Shown: positions 1 to 12,944 of the stretch, piece by piece
Numbering within the stretch: the stretch's first letter is position 1
Layout of the letters: every line of letters starts with the position of its first letter
Assembly (NCBI RefSeq): GCF_004010195.1
Contig: NC_057759.1
Location: forward strand, 6,861,853-6,925,852
DNA length: 64,000 bases
DNA from: Chiloscyllium plagiosum
Lineage: Eukaryota
Direction of reading: 5' to 3'
Notes under the pieces: model-generated
The model's database searches: none
What the model was told of the DNA's origin: nothing
The model's input: the letters and a program-made list of their open reading frames with translations, nothing else
Translations under genes and position numbers: made by a program

Positions 1-271
1 GTTCAACAGAGTGTTACAAGGGGACATAAATTTAAGGTGAAGGGTGGAAGGTATAGGGGAGATGTCAGGGGTGGGTTCTTTACCCAGAGAGTGGTGGGGG
101 CATGGAATGCGCTGCCCGTGGGAGTGGTAGAGTCGGAATCATTGGCGACCTTTAAGCGGCATTTGGATAGGTACATGGATGGGTACTTAATCTAGGTTAG
201 AAGTTCGGCACAACATCGTGGGCCGAAGGGCCTGTTCTGTGCTGTATTGTTCTATATTCTATGTTCTATGT
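1..271 (+). mobile_element. CR1-type LINE 3' end
   Basis: Reads GHKFKVKGGRYRGDVRGGFFTQRVVGAWNALP (CR1 ORF2 C-terminus), then the 3' UTR GGGCCGAAGGGCCTGTT and a (GTTCTAT)n tail. Confidence 0.85.
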
Positions 272-504
272 TAACTTTGTTACCTTTGTAACCATATCTT
301 CGTCAACACCAGTGTTTCTCAATTGACTAACTATTTGTGATGGTTATTGATGTATCTAATCATTAATGTTTATGAAGTCAGATACAAAGGCACTCATTTT
401 ATTGTTGTACCACCTATTATTTGAATGTTACATTCTCCCTTCAACATTTATATTAAATTATCTGTCCTTTCAGGGATAGAGCTTTGTTTCCCCTGTTTAA
501 GAAA

Positions 505-1810
505 GAATACGGTAGCAGTGGAGGCTGCACAAACTAGATTACAATCGAGGATGTTTCCTGGGATGAAGATGATGACTTATCAAGTATGACTGACAGGTTA
601 GGCCTTTATTCCTTGGATATTAGAAGAATTGAACTTATTGAAACATGCAGGATACTGAGGGGTCTTGACGGGGTAGACATTGAGAAGACGTTTTCACTCG
701 TGGGTGAATCTCACACTGGAGACATCTATACAGAATAATGGCGCAAGTGTTTAAAACTGAGATGTCAAGATATCTGTTTTCCAAACTCCCTTCAGACCCA
801 GAACATCCTTGCTCAGATAAGGAGAACCAAACTGCTCACAATACTCCAGCTCTGGTCTGACCGAGGCCCCCTGTCCAATTGCAGCAAGACATTCATGCTC
901 CAGGAAGTGAATCCTCTCGCTATGAGTAATAGAACCATAAAGCCATGCAGTAAAGAAGCAGGTGCTTTGGTCCACCGTGTCTATGCTGATCTACACCAAA
1001 CCACACTGATCCCATTTGCTAGCAGTTGATTCATAGACTACGATGCCCTGATATTTTAAATGGTCGTTCCGATGCTTCTTCAAGGTTGCAAGAATACTTG
1101 CCTCCAACACCTTCTCTGTCAGCACTAGCCTTACATATACTATGCATGGGCGAAATAAAATATTCGCAGATTCCCTCTGAATACCTTGCTCCTCATTTTA
1201 CTTAAGCCCTCTGGTCTTAGGCATGTCTGCCATGTGTAGCACATTATCCTATTCTACTCTGCCGATTTCTCTGAATTCTGTAGGCCTCCAATAGACCCCT
1301 CCTTACCTCCCTGTATGCCAGAGAAAACAAACACAGCCTATCAAGTCACTACTGGTAACTGAGACGTTTGCACATTATCTTATTCTACTCTGCCGATTTC
1401 TCTGAATTCTGTAGGCCTCACATAGACCCCTCCTTACCTTCCTGTATGCCAGGGAAAACAAACACAGCCTATCAAGTCACTACTGGTAACTGAGACGTTG
1501 CATCCCGGCAACCACCTGATGAAACTCGTTTGCAGCCTCATCCGAACATCAAAAATCCAGACCAACGTACCATTTGCCCTCTTCACCAGCTGCTGTTCCC
1601 ACATGCTTCATTTCAATAATTGGTGCACAGGGACATCCAATTCTCATTGTAATTTCCCTTTCAAAATCGATTATTCAGATAATCTGCCTTCTTGGTTTTG
1701 CTGCAAAGGGGGATAGCCACACACTGTAAACACGATACTTCACCAACTATGTATTTGCCCACTCAAAAGACTTGTCGAAATCATACTGAGGCTTTTCTGC
1801 ATGTTCCTCA
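505..1810. mobile_element. Degenerate CR1 LINE fragments (+ about 505-780, - about 790-1810)
   Basis: Decayed similarity to the CR1 RT C-terminus and 3' UTR seen in younger copies in this window. Confidence 0.6.
1239..1500 (+). repeat. 131-bp tandem duplication (2 copies)
   Basis: GCACATTATC..GAGACGTT at 1239-1369 is repeated nearly identically at 1370-1500. Confidence 0.9.
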
Positions 1811-3506
1811 CAGCTCACCTTCAATTGTAACTAATCACAGTCGATCCAAATCCACTATCTAAACCTATTGCCAAATTGCTAAGCATCTGTATCCCTCTGC
1901 TCCCCACCTACACTTGCATCTGTCCAGATGCATCTTAAATGAATCCACCGTGCTTGCCTCGCCTACCTCTGCTGGCAATGCGATCCGGACACCCACCACC
2001 ATCTGCATAAACTACTTTCCTCGTGAATCTCCATTAAATGTTTCACCTCTCTACTTGAACGCGTGATGTCTCGTCATTGAATCCCTCATCCTGGGAAAAA
2101 GCTTACTTCTATCCACCCCGGCTATACACCTCATGATATTTTAGACCTCAATTAGATGCCCCCAATCTCTTTTTTTCGAATGAAAGCAATTGTAACCTAC
2201 TCAACCTCCCTTCATGGCTAGAATCTTCTATACCAGGCAATATCCTCTTAAACCTTCTCTGCACCCTCTCCAAAGCAACCACATCCTCTTTGTAATGTGG
2301 CCATCAGAACTGTACACAATCTTCTAAATGCGGCCCGAACCTGTCTTGTACAATTTAAACATAACCTGCCAGCTCTTATACTCAATACTCCGTCCGATGA
2401 AGGCAAGCCTACCATATGCCTTCTTGGCCATGCCATCCACCTGTGCAGCTACCTTCTGGGTACAATGTACCTGAACTCCCAGATCTCTCTGCTCATCAAC
2501 GTTTTCCAATGCTGTTACGTTTACAGTATGTTTCGCTCTAGAATTAGACTACCCAAAATGCACAACCTCACATTTGCCTCGATTGAGCTCCATCTGTCAC
2601 TTCTCCGCCCAACTCTCCATTGTATCTCTATTCTCCTTTAGTCTTTGACAGTCCCCTATGTTTTCTGCTACTCCACCAATCTTCGTGTCATCTGCAAACT
2701 TACTGATCAGACGAACAATGGCCTCTTCCAGATCATTTATATACATCAAAAATAACAGTGGCCTCAGCACTGATCCCTTTGGAACACCACCTTTCTCCAT
2801 TTTTAGAAACACTTTTCAACTACGACTCTCTGTCTCCTTTGACTCAACCAGTTTTTTTATCCACCGAGCTAGAACACACTGATCACCATGTTACTTCGCT
2901 TTCTCCGTTAGTATACGATGAGGAACTGTATCAAACGCCTAATAGAGTTCTTGCATATGACATATACAGCCCTTCCTTCATCTATCAACTTGTTCACTTC
3001 CTCAAAGAACTCTATTAAGTTGGTAAGGCACGATATCCACCGCACAAAACCATATTGCCTATCACTGATAAGCCCATTCTTTTCCAAATATAAATAGATT
3101 TTATCCTTCAGTATAGTGATGGAAAAGGGTAGATCAGATCTAAAAACTGAAGTTCTAAATTGGAGAAAGGCCAATTTTGACGGTATTAGACAAGAACTTT
3201 CGAAAGCTGATTGGGAGCAGATGTTCGCAGGTAAGGGGCGGCTGGAAAATGGGAAGCCTTCAGAAATGAGATAACGAGAATCAAGAGAAAGTATATTCCT
3301 ACCAGGGTGAAAGGAAAGGCTGGTAGGTATAGGGAATGCTGGATGACTAAAGAAATTGAGGGTTTGGTTCAGAAAAGAAGGAAGCATATGTAAGGTATAG
3401 ACAGGATAGATCAATCGAATCCTTAGAAGAGTATAAAGGAAGTAGGAGTATACTTAAGAGGGAAATCAGGAGGGCAAAAGGGGACATGAGATAGCTTTGG
3501 CAAATA

Positions 3507-3815
3507 GATTAAATTACTTACACTGTGGAAACAGGCCCTTCGGCCCATCAAGTCCATACCGACCCTCCAAAGAGCAACCCACCCAGACCCATTCCCCTAC
3601 ATTTACCCCTTCACCTAACACTACGGGCAATTTAGCATAGCCAATTCACCTAACCTGCACATTTTTGGACTGTGGGAGGAAACCGGAGCACCTGAAGGAA
3701 ACGCACCAGACACGTGGAGAATGTACAAACTCCAAACAGACAGTTCCATGAGGCAAGAATCAAACTCGGGTCTCTGGCGCTGTGAGGCAGCACTGCTAAC
3801 CACTGTGCCACCGTA
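3507..3815 (-). mobile_element. HE1-type V-SINE
   Basis: Reverse complement shows a tRNA-like head (TGGCACAGTGGTTAGCA, GAGTTTGATTC), the V-domain and a CR1-like 3' end; inserted in a CR1. Confidence 0.9.
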
Positions 3816-5127
3816 GAATTAAGGAGTATCCGAAGAGTTTTCTTTTTACAAATAAATTTAGGACAAAAGGGTAACTAGGGAGAGTATAGGGCCCCTCAAA
3901 GATCAGCAAGGCGGCCTTTCTGTGGAGCAGCGAAAAATGGGGGAGATACTAAATGAGTATTTTGCATCAGTATTTACTGTGGGAAAGAATATGGATGATG
4001 TAGACTATAAGGAAATAGATGGTGATATCTTGCAAAATGTCCATATTACAGAGGAGGAAGTGCTGGAAATCTTGAAACGTATAAGAGTGGATAAATCCCC
4101 AGTTAGAGAAGTGATTGTCGGGCCTCTTGCTGAGATATTTGTATCATCGATAGTCACAGGTGAGGTGCTGGACGATTGGAGGTTGGCTAACGTGGTGCCA
4201 GAAGGGTGGTAAGGACAAGCCAGGGAACTAAAGAACGGTGAGCCTGACCTCAGTGGTGGGCAAGTTGTTGGAGAGAGTCTGGAGGAACAGGATGTACATG
4301 CATTTGGAAAGGCAAGGACTGATTAGGGAGAGTCAACATGGTTTTGTGCGTGGGAAATCTTGTCTCAAAAAACTTGATTGAGTTTTTTGAAGAAGTAACA
4401 ATGAGGATTGATGAGGGCAGAGTGGTAGATGCGATCTATATGGACTTCAGTAAGGCGTTCGATAAGGTTCCCTAAGGGAGACTGATTAGCAAGGTTAGAT
4501 CGTATGGAATACAGTGAGAACTAGCCATTTATATACAGAACTAGCTCAAAGGTGGAAGATAGAGGGTGGTGGTGGAGGGTTGTTTTTCAGGCTGGAGGCC
4601 TGTGACCAGTGGAGTGCCACAAGGATCGGTGATTGATCCTCTACTATTCGTCATTTACATAAATGATTTGGTTGTGAGCATAAGAGGTATGGTTAGTAAG
4701 TTTGCAGATGACACCAAAATTGGAGGTGTACAGCGAAGAGGGTTCCCTCAGATTACAACAGGATCTGGACCAGATGGGCCAAAAGGGTGAGAAGTGGCAG
4801 ATGGACTTTAATTCAGATAAATGCGAGGTGCTGCATTTTGGGAAAGCAAATCTTAGCAGGACTTATACACTTAATGATAACGTCCTAGGGAGTGTTGCTG
4901 AACAAAGAGACCTTGGAGTGCAGGTTCATAGCTCCTTGAAAGTGGAGTCGCAGTAAATACAATAGTGAAGAAGTCGTTTGGTATGCTTTCCTTTATTGGT
5001 CAGCATATTGTGAACAGGAGTTGGGAGGTCATGTTGCGGCTGTACAGGACATTGGTTAGGCCACTGCTGGAATATTGCGTGCAATTCTGGCCTCCTTCCT
5101 ATCGGAATGATGTCGTGAAACTCGAAA

Positions 5128-5336
5128 AGGCTGAAAAAAGTGTTGCTGGAAAAGCGCAGCAGGTCAGGCAGCATCCAAAGAGAAGGAGAATCGACGTTTC
5201 AGGCAAAAGCGCTTCTTCAGACTTATGCCCGAAACCTCGATTCTCCTGCTCCTTGGATACTGCCTAACCTGCTGCGCTTTTCGAGCAACACATTTTTCAG
5301 CTCTGATCTCCAGCATCTGCTGTCCTCACTTTCTCC
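5128..5336. mobile_element. Palindromic Penelope-derived mini-element (family 1)
   Basis: Inverted arms 5131-5220 and 5222-5300 plus a one-sided tail; TSD TGAAACTCGAAA at 5116-5127 and 5337-5348. The arm sequence matches the terminus of the RT-bearing element at 56813-57980. Confidence 0.85.
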
Positions 5337-7253
5337 TGAAACTCGAAAGGGTTCAGAAAAGATTTACAAGGATGTTGCCAGGGTTGGAGGATTTGACCTA
5401 TAGTGAGAGGCTGAACAGGCTGGGGCTGTTTTCCCTGGAGTGTCGGAGGCTGAGGGGCGACCTTGTAGAGGTTTACCAAATTTTGAGGGGCATGGATGGG
5501 GTAATTAACCAAAGTCTGTTCCCTGGGGTGGGGGAGTCCAGAACTAGAGTGCATAGGTTTAGGGTGAGAGGGGAAAGATATAAAAGAGACCTACGGGGCA
5601 ACTTTTTCACACGGAGGGTGGTACATTTATGGAATGAGCTGCCAGGTGACATGGTGGCGGCTGGTATAACTGCAACATTTAAAATCATTTGGATGGGTAT
5701 ATAAATAGGAAAGGTTTGGAGGGACATAGGCCAGGTACTGGCACGTGGGACTAGATTGCAATGGGATATCTGGTCGGCATGAACGAGTTGGACCGAAGGG
5801 GCTGTTTCCATGCTTTACATCTCTATGACTCTATGAGTTTTTCCAGCAACTTTCCCACCAGTGACGTCAGGCTCATTGGTCTGTAGTTACCTGGAATATC
5901 CCTACTACCCTTCTTGTACAGGAGGCAACATGAACAACCCTCCAGTTCTCTGGTACTTGACTTGTGTTTAAGAATGCTGCAAAGATATCTGTCAAGGCCC
6001 GAGGTATTTCCTCTTCCGCCTCTGTCAGCAACCTGTGATAGAACCCATCCGGTCCGTGAGATTTGTCCACCTTTTATATCCTTTAGCCTACCCAACATAT
6101 CATCTCTCCTTATGCCAACGTGATCCAGAGCAAACAAGCTTCCATCTCTAATGTCATCATTCACCATGTCCCTCTCCACAGTGACCATTGATGCAAAGTA
6201 ATTATTCAGAATCTCACCCATTTTCTCAGGTTCGACACACAATCTTCCTTCTTTATCATTTCGCGGATCAACCCTTTTTGTTTTTATCCCTTACTTCTTA
6301 AATATCAGGAAACAATCTTGGGATTCTCCTTAATTCTGCTTGTGAAGTTATTTCATGACCACTTTTAGCCAGATTGATTCCTCGTTTAAAATATATCCTA
6401 TTCCCCCGATATTCCTCCATTGCCCATTGCGTTCTTAACTGCCTGGACCTTCTGTACGCTCCATTTTCCTCTTGGCTAGTCGCACGAATTCTCCTGTAAA
6501 CCACGGTTCATGAATCTGGCCGTTCATGTCCCTTATTTTCAAAAGGACATGCCTTTCCTGCACTACCTTCAAACAATCTTCGAATGCCTCCCACATATCA
6601 AATGTATACTTCACTACAAATAGATGCTCCCAATCCACATTTCCCAGCTCCTGCACAGTTTTGATACAATTGGCCTTGGCCCAGCTTAGTCCTCTCCCAT
6701 TAGGACCACTCTCATCTTTGTCCACGAGTATTGTAAAACTTAGAGTTGTGATCACGATTCCCAAACAAACCCAGTACTGCATCTTCTACCACCTGGCCTG
6801 GCTCATTCCCCAACACAGGTCCCTTTCTTAGTCGGACTATTGACATACTACTCCGGAAAACTTTCCTGGATCCTCCTTACAAATTCTGCCCCTGCCAGAC
6901 CTCTGACACGAAGTGTATCCCAGTCAATGTTGGGAAAATTAAAATCTCCCATCACCGCCGCTCTGTTGCCTCCACATCTTTCTATAATCTGTTCACCTAT
7001 TTCTTCTTTTATCTCACACGCACTGTTGCGAGGCCTGTTGTACAGCCCCAACAATGCAACTGCACCCTTCTTATTTCTCAGCTATACCCATAATGCCTCA
7101 CTGCTCAAGTCCGCCATCGTGCCCTCCTTTAGCACTGTTGTGACATCAATCCTGACCAGCAATGCAACTCATCCCCCCTTTTACTTCCCTCCCTGTCCTA
7201 TCTGAATTATCTATATATTGGAACATGTAGTTGGCAAACATGCCCTTCCTTCA

Positions 7254-7461
7254 GAGCTGAAAAATGTGTTGCTGGAAAAGCGCAACAGGTCAGGCAGCAT
7301 CCAAGGAGCAGGAGAATCGACGTTTCGGGCATAATCCCTTCTTCAGGGCAGCCCTCTCTCCTGTTCCTTGGATGCTGCCTGACCTGCTGCGCTTTTCCAG
7401 CAACACATTTTCAGCTCTGATCTCCAGCATCTGTAGTCCTCACTTTCCCCTAGTTGATTTT
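7254..7461. mobile_element. Palindromic Penelope-derived mini-element (family 1)
   Basis: Same arms as 5128-5336; TSD ATGCCCTTCC(T/A)TCA at 7240-7253 and 7462-7475. Confidence 0.85.
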
Positions 7462-7769
7462 ATGCCCTTCCATCACCAAAGTCTCTATCATAGCAATAAC
7501 GTCATAGTCCCAGATACAAATCCAAGCCCAAAGTTCAACTGGCTTACACACTGCACTCCTTGCATTAAAGTATATCCACGTCAACTGTTCTCTGCCTACT
7601 CTTTCCCTTGATAATGCTGGCTTCATGATCCTTACGTTCTCTACTATCCACTTTACTATGTAATAGTCCTCTGTTCTGGTTCCCAACCCCCTGTCACATA
7701 TTACTGAAGATTGCTGCTCCAATACTTGCTGCTCCTCTGACGAAGGTGACAGTGCAGTTAAGTCACTGG

Positions 7770-9175
7770 CATCTACCCGACAATGTAGAAAATTACCCAC
7801 ACATGTCTTGTTTCCAAAATGCAAGACAAATCCAACCGGCCAATTACAGCCCCATCGGTCTGCTCTCGATCATCAGGGAAGGGTTGGAAGGTATCACCAA
7901 TCGGGCTGCGAAGAAGCACATGCTCAGCAATAACCTGCTCAGTGATGCTCAGTTTGTGTTCCACCCACGCCACTAAGCTCCTGGCCTCAACACAGCTTTA
8001 ATTAAAACATAGAGAAAAGAGCTGAATTCCAGAGGGAAGGTGAGAGTGACAGCCCTTAAATATAAGGCAGCATCAAGATTCCCGAGTAAAACAGGCATCA
8101 GTAGGTATCGTGGGTAAATTGTCTCCGTGTGGAGTCATACCTGACACATTGGAAGATGGTCGTAATTGTTAAAGGTCAGTCATCTCAGTTCCAGGAGATC
8201 TCTGCAGAGCAGTTCCCCGTGGCAATGTCCTAGGCCTAACTACTTTCGCTGCTTCATCAATGACCTTGCCTCCATCAGAAGGTCAGAAACGTTCACTGAT
8301 GATTGCATAATCTTCAGCACCATTTGTGACTCCTCAGATTCTGAAGCAGTCCATGTTCAAATGCAACAAGAAATGAATAATAATGAGGCTTGCACAGATA
8401 AGTGGGCAAGTTTAATTCACGCCACACAAATGCTAGGTTATGACCATCACCTATAAGAAACAATCTAACCAACGCCCCTTGCCATTCAATGTTGTTATGT
8501 TTACAGAATACCCCATTGTCAAAATCTTGAGAGTTATCATTGACCATAAACTTGAATGGATTTAAAGGATAAACACAGTGGCTATAGGACATAGCAAACG
8601 GCCAGGAATCCTATGGCAAGTAACTCACCAACTAACCTCCCAAAGCTTGTCCCCCATCTACAAGTCAGTAGTTCGATGGATATGCCCACTTGCCTGAAGG
8701 AGTGTAGAAGCAACAAGACTCGAAAAGCTTTACACTATCCAAGGACAAAGAAGCACGCTTCATTTGTACTACATACACAAGCATCCACTCCCTCCACCAC
8801 CAACGCTCAGTAGCAGAAGTTTGTGTCATTTGCAATATTCACTGCAGAAATTTACCAAAGATCCTGATACAGCACCTTCCAAACCCACAAACACATTCAT
8901 TTAGAAGAACAATAACAGGAGCTCCAAAGGAGCACCACCACCTTCAATTCCTCTTCAAGGCTCTCACGATCCTGACTTTGAATACAACAGCGTTTCTTGA
9001 CTGTTGTTTGGTTTCAATCTTGGAGTTCTCTCCCTCAGGGCATTGTGGGTCAGCCCACAGTAGATTGATTGCAATGGTCAAGAAGGCAGTTCATCACCAT
9101 CTTCTCAAGGGCAACTAGGATGGGCAATAAACGCTGGGCCAACCAGCGATGCCCATGTCCCAGAAAGAATTAAAT
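7770..9175 (+). mobile_element. CR1/L2-clade LINE (second family), 3' part
   Basis: QPANYSPIGLLSIIREGLEGITNRAAKKHMLSNNLLSDAQF and FINDL..FTDDC; 3' end GGGCAACTAGGATGGGCAATAAACGCTGGGCC..GATGCCCATGTCCC. Confidence 0.8.
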
Positions 9176-9699
9176 GTGTTGTATATCTGTTGTCAATCGC
9201 TGAGTTCCTATTGCGTATCTCTCACTAATCGCTGAATTCCAATTATGCATTTTTCTCAAATCACTGAGCTTGCGTGTCTCTCTGCCGGTCACTGAGCTTC
9301 AACTGCTGTATCCATGACCAATCACTAAGTTTAACTATGCATCTATCACAAATTACTTACCCTGACTCTGTATCAGTATCCAAAGACTGAGCTCTTATTG
9401 TCTGTCTGGCACCAGTCACTGAGCGACGACGGTTCATTTATGACTAATCACTGAATTCCAACTGTGCAACTATACCAACCACTGCGCTCTGATTGTGTGT
9501 CTGAAATCAATCAGCAATCAGTGAGTTCCAATTATCTGTCAATATTTACTGAGTTCCACCTGTGCATGTGTCACCAATCGCTGAGGTGACTGCGTAATTG
9601 TGACCAGTTATTGAGCTTCAACTGTGCGTCTCTCACCAATCACTGTTCTCTGACTGTGTAACAGTCACTGATGAAAAAGCTCTGACTGTGTATCTATGA

Positions 9700-10156
9700 C
9701 AGAACACCAGATTACCTGCTGTGAGGCAGCAGTGGTTAGCACTGCTGCCTCACAGCGCCAGAGACCCGGGTTCAATTTCCGACTCAGGCGACTGACTGTG
9801 TGGAGTTTGCACATTCTCCCCGTGTCTGCGTGGGTTTCCTCCGGGTGCTCCGGTTTCCTCCCACAGTCCAAAGATGTGCAGGGTCAGGTGAATTGGCCAT
9901 GCTAAATTGCCCGTAGTGTTAGGTTAAAGGGGTAATTGTAGGGGTATGGGTGGGTTGTGCTTCGGCCGGTCGGTGTGGACTTGTTGGGCCGAAGGGCCTG
10001 TTTCCACACTGTAAGTAATCTAATTATCGCCCAACAGGTTTATTCAGAAGTACAAGCTTTGGGAGCACTGTTTCTTCGTCAGGTTTGCGACTAGAACCTG
10101 GTGTTCTGTGGTTTTTAATTTTGTCCAAACCAGTCCACCACTGCACCTCCACATCA
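9700..10156. mobile_element. Penelope-derived mini-element (family 2), split by a SINE
   Basis: CAGAACACCAGATTA..TCGCCCAACAGGTTTATT..CTTCGTCAGG followed by the inverted GACTAGAACCTGGTGTTCTGTG..CTCCACATCAT; similar to 24501-24630. Confidence 0.6.
9716..10023 (+). mobile_element. HE1-type V-SINE with an inverted 5' end
   Basis: B-box-like GGTTCAATTTCC, V-domain GTGTGGAGTTTGCACATTCTCCCCGTGTCTGCGTGGG and a GTAAGTAATCTAA tail. Confidence 0.93.
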
Positions 10157-11499
10157 TGTGTATGTATCACTTATTATTGATGCATGATTATGAATGTGTC
10201 CACCACTGAGTTCTGACTGCGTATCTATCACCAGTTATTGATCACCATCATATCTACCACCTGTCACTGGGTTACAACTCAATGAGTTGTCACAAATCAA
10301 TGAGCTCTGACTGTGCATGTGTCACCAATCACTAGAGCTCCAGCTATGAGTCTATCACCTGATCTGTGACTCTTTGTCACCAATCACTGAGTTCTGAATG
10401 TTCAACAATCAGCAGTCATAGATGTCCAATTGTGATTATGTCATCACCACTGCGCTCCAATCAATGAGGTCCAATGGCACTGAGCTCTGTATCTGGCAAC
10501 AATCAATGAACTTTAATGTGCATCTGGTACCAATCATTGAGATCCAACTATCTTCATTTCCTCTTAGCCAATGAGTTTCTGTTATCAAACTCCCAATGAT
10601 GGTTCAGTGTTCTCTTTTTGTTCAACTCCTGTCCATTTATGTCATGAATTCACCCTTCACAACATATTGCATTACATCCCACTGTTTACCTCTATCCATC
10701 ACTAAAAATCACGTGTGATCATTTCATCAATGAACTTTCATTATTATGAGCGCCCCATTTGTTAACTTGATCCAATCAACACCTCCACTTACTCCAAAGC
10801 TTTCTAACATTTTTCAAAATCTCAAAATTCAGTATTGTTTCAACATCAGCATTTTCTTTGTCGCCTTCTTCATTGTTATTTAATTGTTGAACTGACTGAA
10901 CTCCAATTGCCCAATTCTCTTCAGACTAAATTTCTTCTGGCTAACTATGATCCCAGTCTCAGTCTCTGCTTCATTCAATCTCTTCTTATGTTCTGTTCCT
11001 AGGACCAAAAAAAGATATTCCCTTTTGCACCTTTCACCAAATAGAAGCAGCTGGTCCAAAAACATCAGCAGTTCAAATCCCTCTATGTCAATTAGTAAAC
11101 TGTATGCTCCCAACAATCATCACCAACATTGCATCCATCTGTCCCCCATTCTTTCACAGTAAATAAATTCCAATTATCCAATGTCTTCCTGATCTCAATC
11201 TTTGCTTCTTTCCCTGTCATCGCATGGTCCATTCCCAGCACCTATGAAGGAATCTCACTGACAAACCTGTGGCCATATCTATGTCCCATCCTTCACTCAT
11301 GAAATAATTTGGCCATGTTCAAACATCCCCATTTTAATCTATTGATGTCGTGGTGTCCAATTATTCCTCACTCAATAATTTGCCAGATACCATTGTAAAT
11401 TCAGATGAGAAAGTCAAATTGAATTGTTTCTGTTGCTGATGATTCTGATGAACGTTTTGCTAAAACTATACAAGTAAGATCACATCTGACATACTGGAA

Positions 11500-12140
11500 G
11501 GGGTTGGGTCCTTCATTAAAGGAAAGCTATACTGATATTGGAGCCAGTCCAGAGAAGAATCAGTATACTGATAACAAGTATGGAGTGATCTGTCTCAAGA
11601 CGCAAATTTGAATTGATTGTGCCTGGACACATTGGATTTTAGAAGAATGCGATTGAAACATTCAAAATTCGGGAAGGGATGACAATGTAAATGCCGAAAG
11701 GATGTTACCTCCTGTGAGAAAGTCTCAGTACAGAGGGCGTTATCCCATAATAAAAGGTGGCTCATTTAAAATAGCAATGAGGAGGATTGTTTTTTCTCTC
11801 AGAAAGTAGTGAATTTGTGGAATCATTTGCCACAGAGAGCTGTCAAAGCTGGTTCAATAAGAATATTGACGACGAGAATAGACATTTTTAATCAGTAATG
11901 GAATTAATAGTCATGTCGAAAAGACAGAAAAGCGTAATTTTGGTATAGCGTTTCAGTCATAAACGCATTGAATTACAGAGCTGAATCAATGGAACATTTT
12001 CACTTGCTTGAATAGGTGCAGGTCCAATCACACTGCAGGACAAAGCTGATCGTTTGATTAGCATCAAATTCTCAAACATTGGCTTAGTCCACGACAAGTG
12101 CCCAGTAGCAGCAGTGTGTACTATCTAAAAGATGTGCTAC
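11500..12140 (+). mobile_element. Old CR1 and CR1/L2 3' fragments
   Basis: Decayed match to the CR1 C-terminus (TTTCTCTCAGAAAGTAGTGAATTTGTGGAATCATTTGCCACAGAG) and to CAGTAGCAGCAGTGTGTACTATCTA. Confidence 0.6.
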
Positions 12141-12944
12141 TCTTAATTACACACACACTCTCTGAATCAAGTACACACACAATTTGACGCGAAGTTCCTA
12201 CTCACATACCGCCCACTCCAATGACAGCCAAGGAATGGTAAAAAATCTCCTGCACGAGAAAGAGTGTCAAATCTCCCATTCTCAGAGAGAGCCAGCAGCC
12301 TGTGTTGGAGCTGAAGGCACTGAACCACTGAGAAAGACTGACCTAGTATATACTCAGGAGTATCCCCCAGTGAAACAGATAGCTCAGGGAACCTGGTATC
12401 AGCTGCACTCTGTGCAGTTTGCATAGGCACCTTCACATCCTGGTCTCGTGGGAGAGCTTAATTAACATACAACTATGTGAGACTCTCAATCATGTTGCAA
12501 TAAGAAGACGTGACAGAGGGATATTGTAGACAATACTACATATATAAAGTGTTCCATATTTTCTCATTTTTTTTCCTGGTTAAATTTATGGCAAATTATA
12601 TGGTCTGCATATTGAATGTGATAGCAAAACGAAAGGAGAAGGTTTATTTTTTCAGTTCTTTGACAAACTTCAGGCTTGCTATACAAGCAATACAACTAGA
12701 ACTTAAGACCAAGAAAGAATAGAAACAAGAAGCAGTCATTCAACCTCTCAAGCTTGTCACACCAGTCCATATGTTTGATCATTCAACTCACTCCCTTGAT
12801 CCCACTTTGGAATCATATCCCTCCATCTACTCAGCTCTTAAAAAATAAGTATTTCCTGAAAACATCAATATCCTTTTCTTATTTTCTTATTTATTCTCTC
12901 TTTTGTTGTTTTTTTTTGTTCTCTCAATATGTCTTGTACTGAGC

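Larger units (their letters stand above)
3115..5835 (+). mobile_element. CR1 (HER1-like) LINE, 5'-truncated, degenerate RT
   Basis: ORFs [49 protein letters not shown] and RRLRGDLVEVYQI..FFTRRVVHLWNELP; ends in a CTCTATGACTCTATG tail. Confidence 0.92.
1830..7620 (-). mobile_element. Near full-length CR1 LINE ORF2 (APE endonuclease + RT), degenerate, split by a + strand CR1 insertion
   Basis: Minus-strand ORFs give IYFNARS..YDVIAMIET (APE start, ~7500-7580), VMGDFNFPNIDW (~6950), PGNYRPMSLTSLVGKLLE (~5850), QYGFVRWISCLTNLIEFFEEV (~3020) and [28 protein letters not shown] (~2700). The 3' part is 1830-3110 and the 5' part is 5836-7620. Confidence 0.9.
9190..10560 (+). repeat. Degenerate ~32-bp minisatellite
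   Basis: Recurring unit approximately TCACCAATCACTGAGYTCYRACTGTGYATCTR over ~1.3 kb, interrupted by insertions at ~9700-10156. Confidence 0.85.

Noticed and set aside
5128..5336. DNA-transposon MITE interpretation of the palindromes
   Set aside because: The arms are asymmetric, the TSDs are 12-14 bp and sequence-variable, and the arm matches the terminus of an RT-encoding Penelope copy.
9190..10560. CRISPR-like array
   Set aside because: Eukaryotic context, degenerate head-to-tail units, no unique spacers and no cas genes.
12167..12436. Overlapping 80-89 aa ORFs on both strands
   Set aside because: No recognisable domain or exon boundaries.
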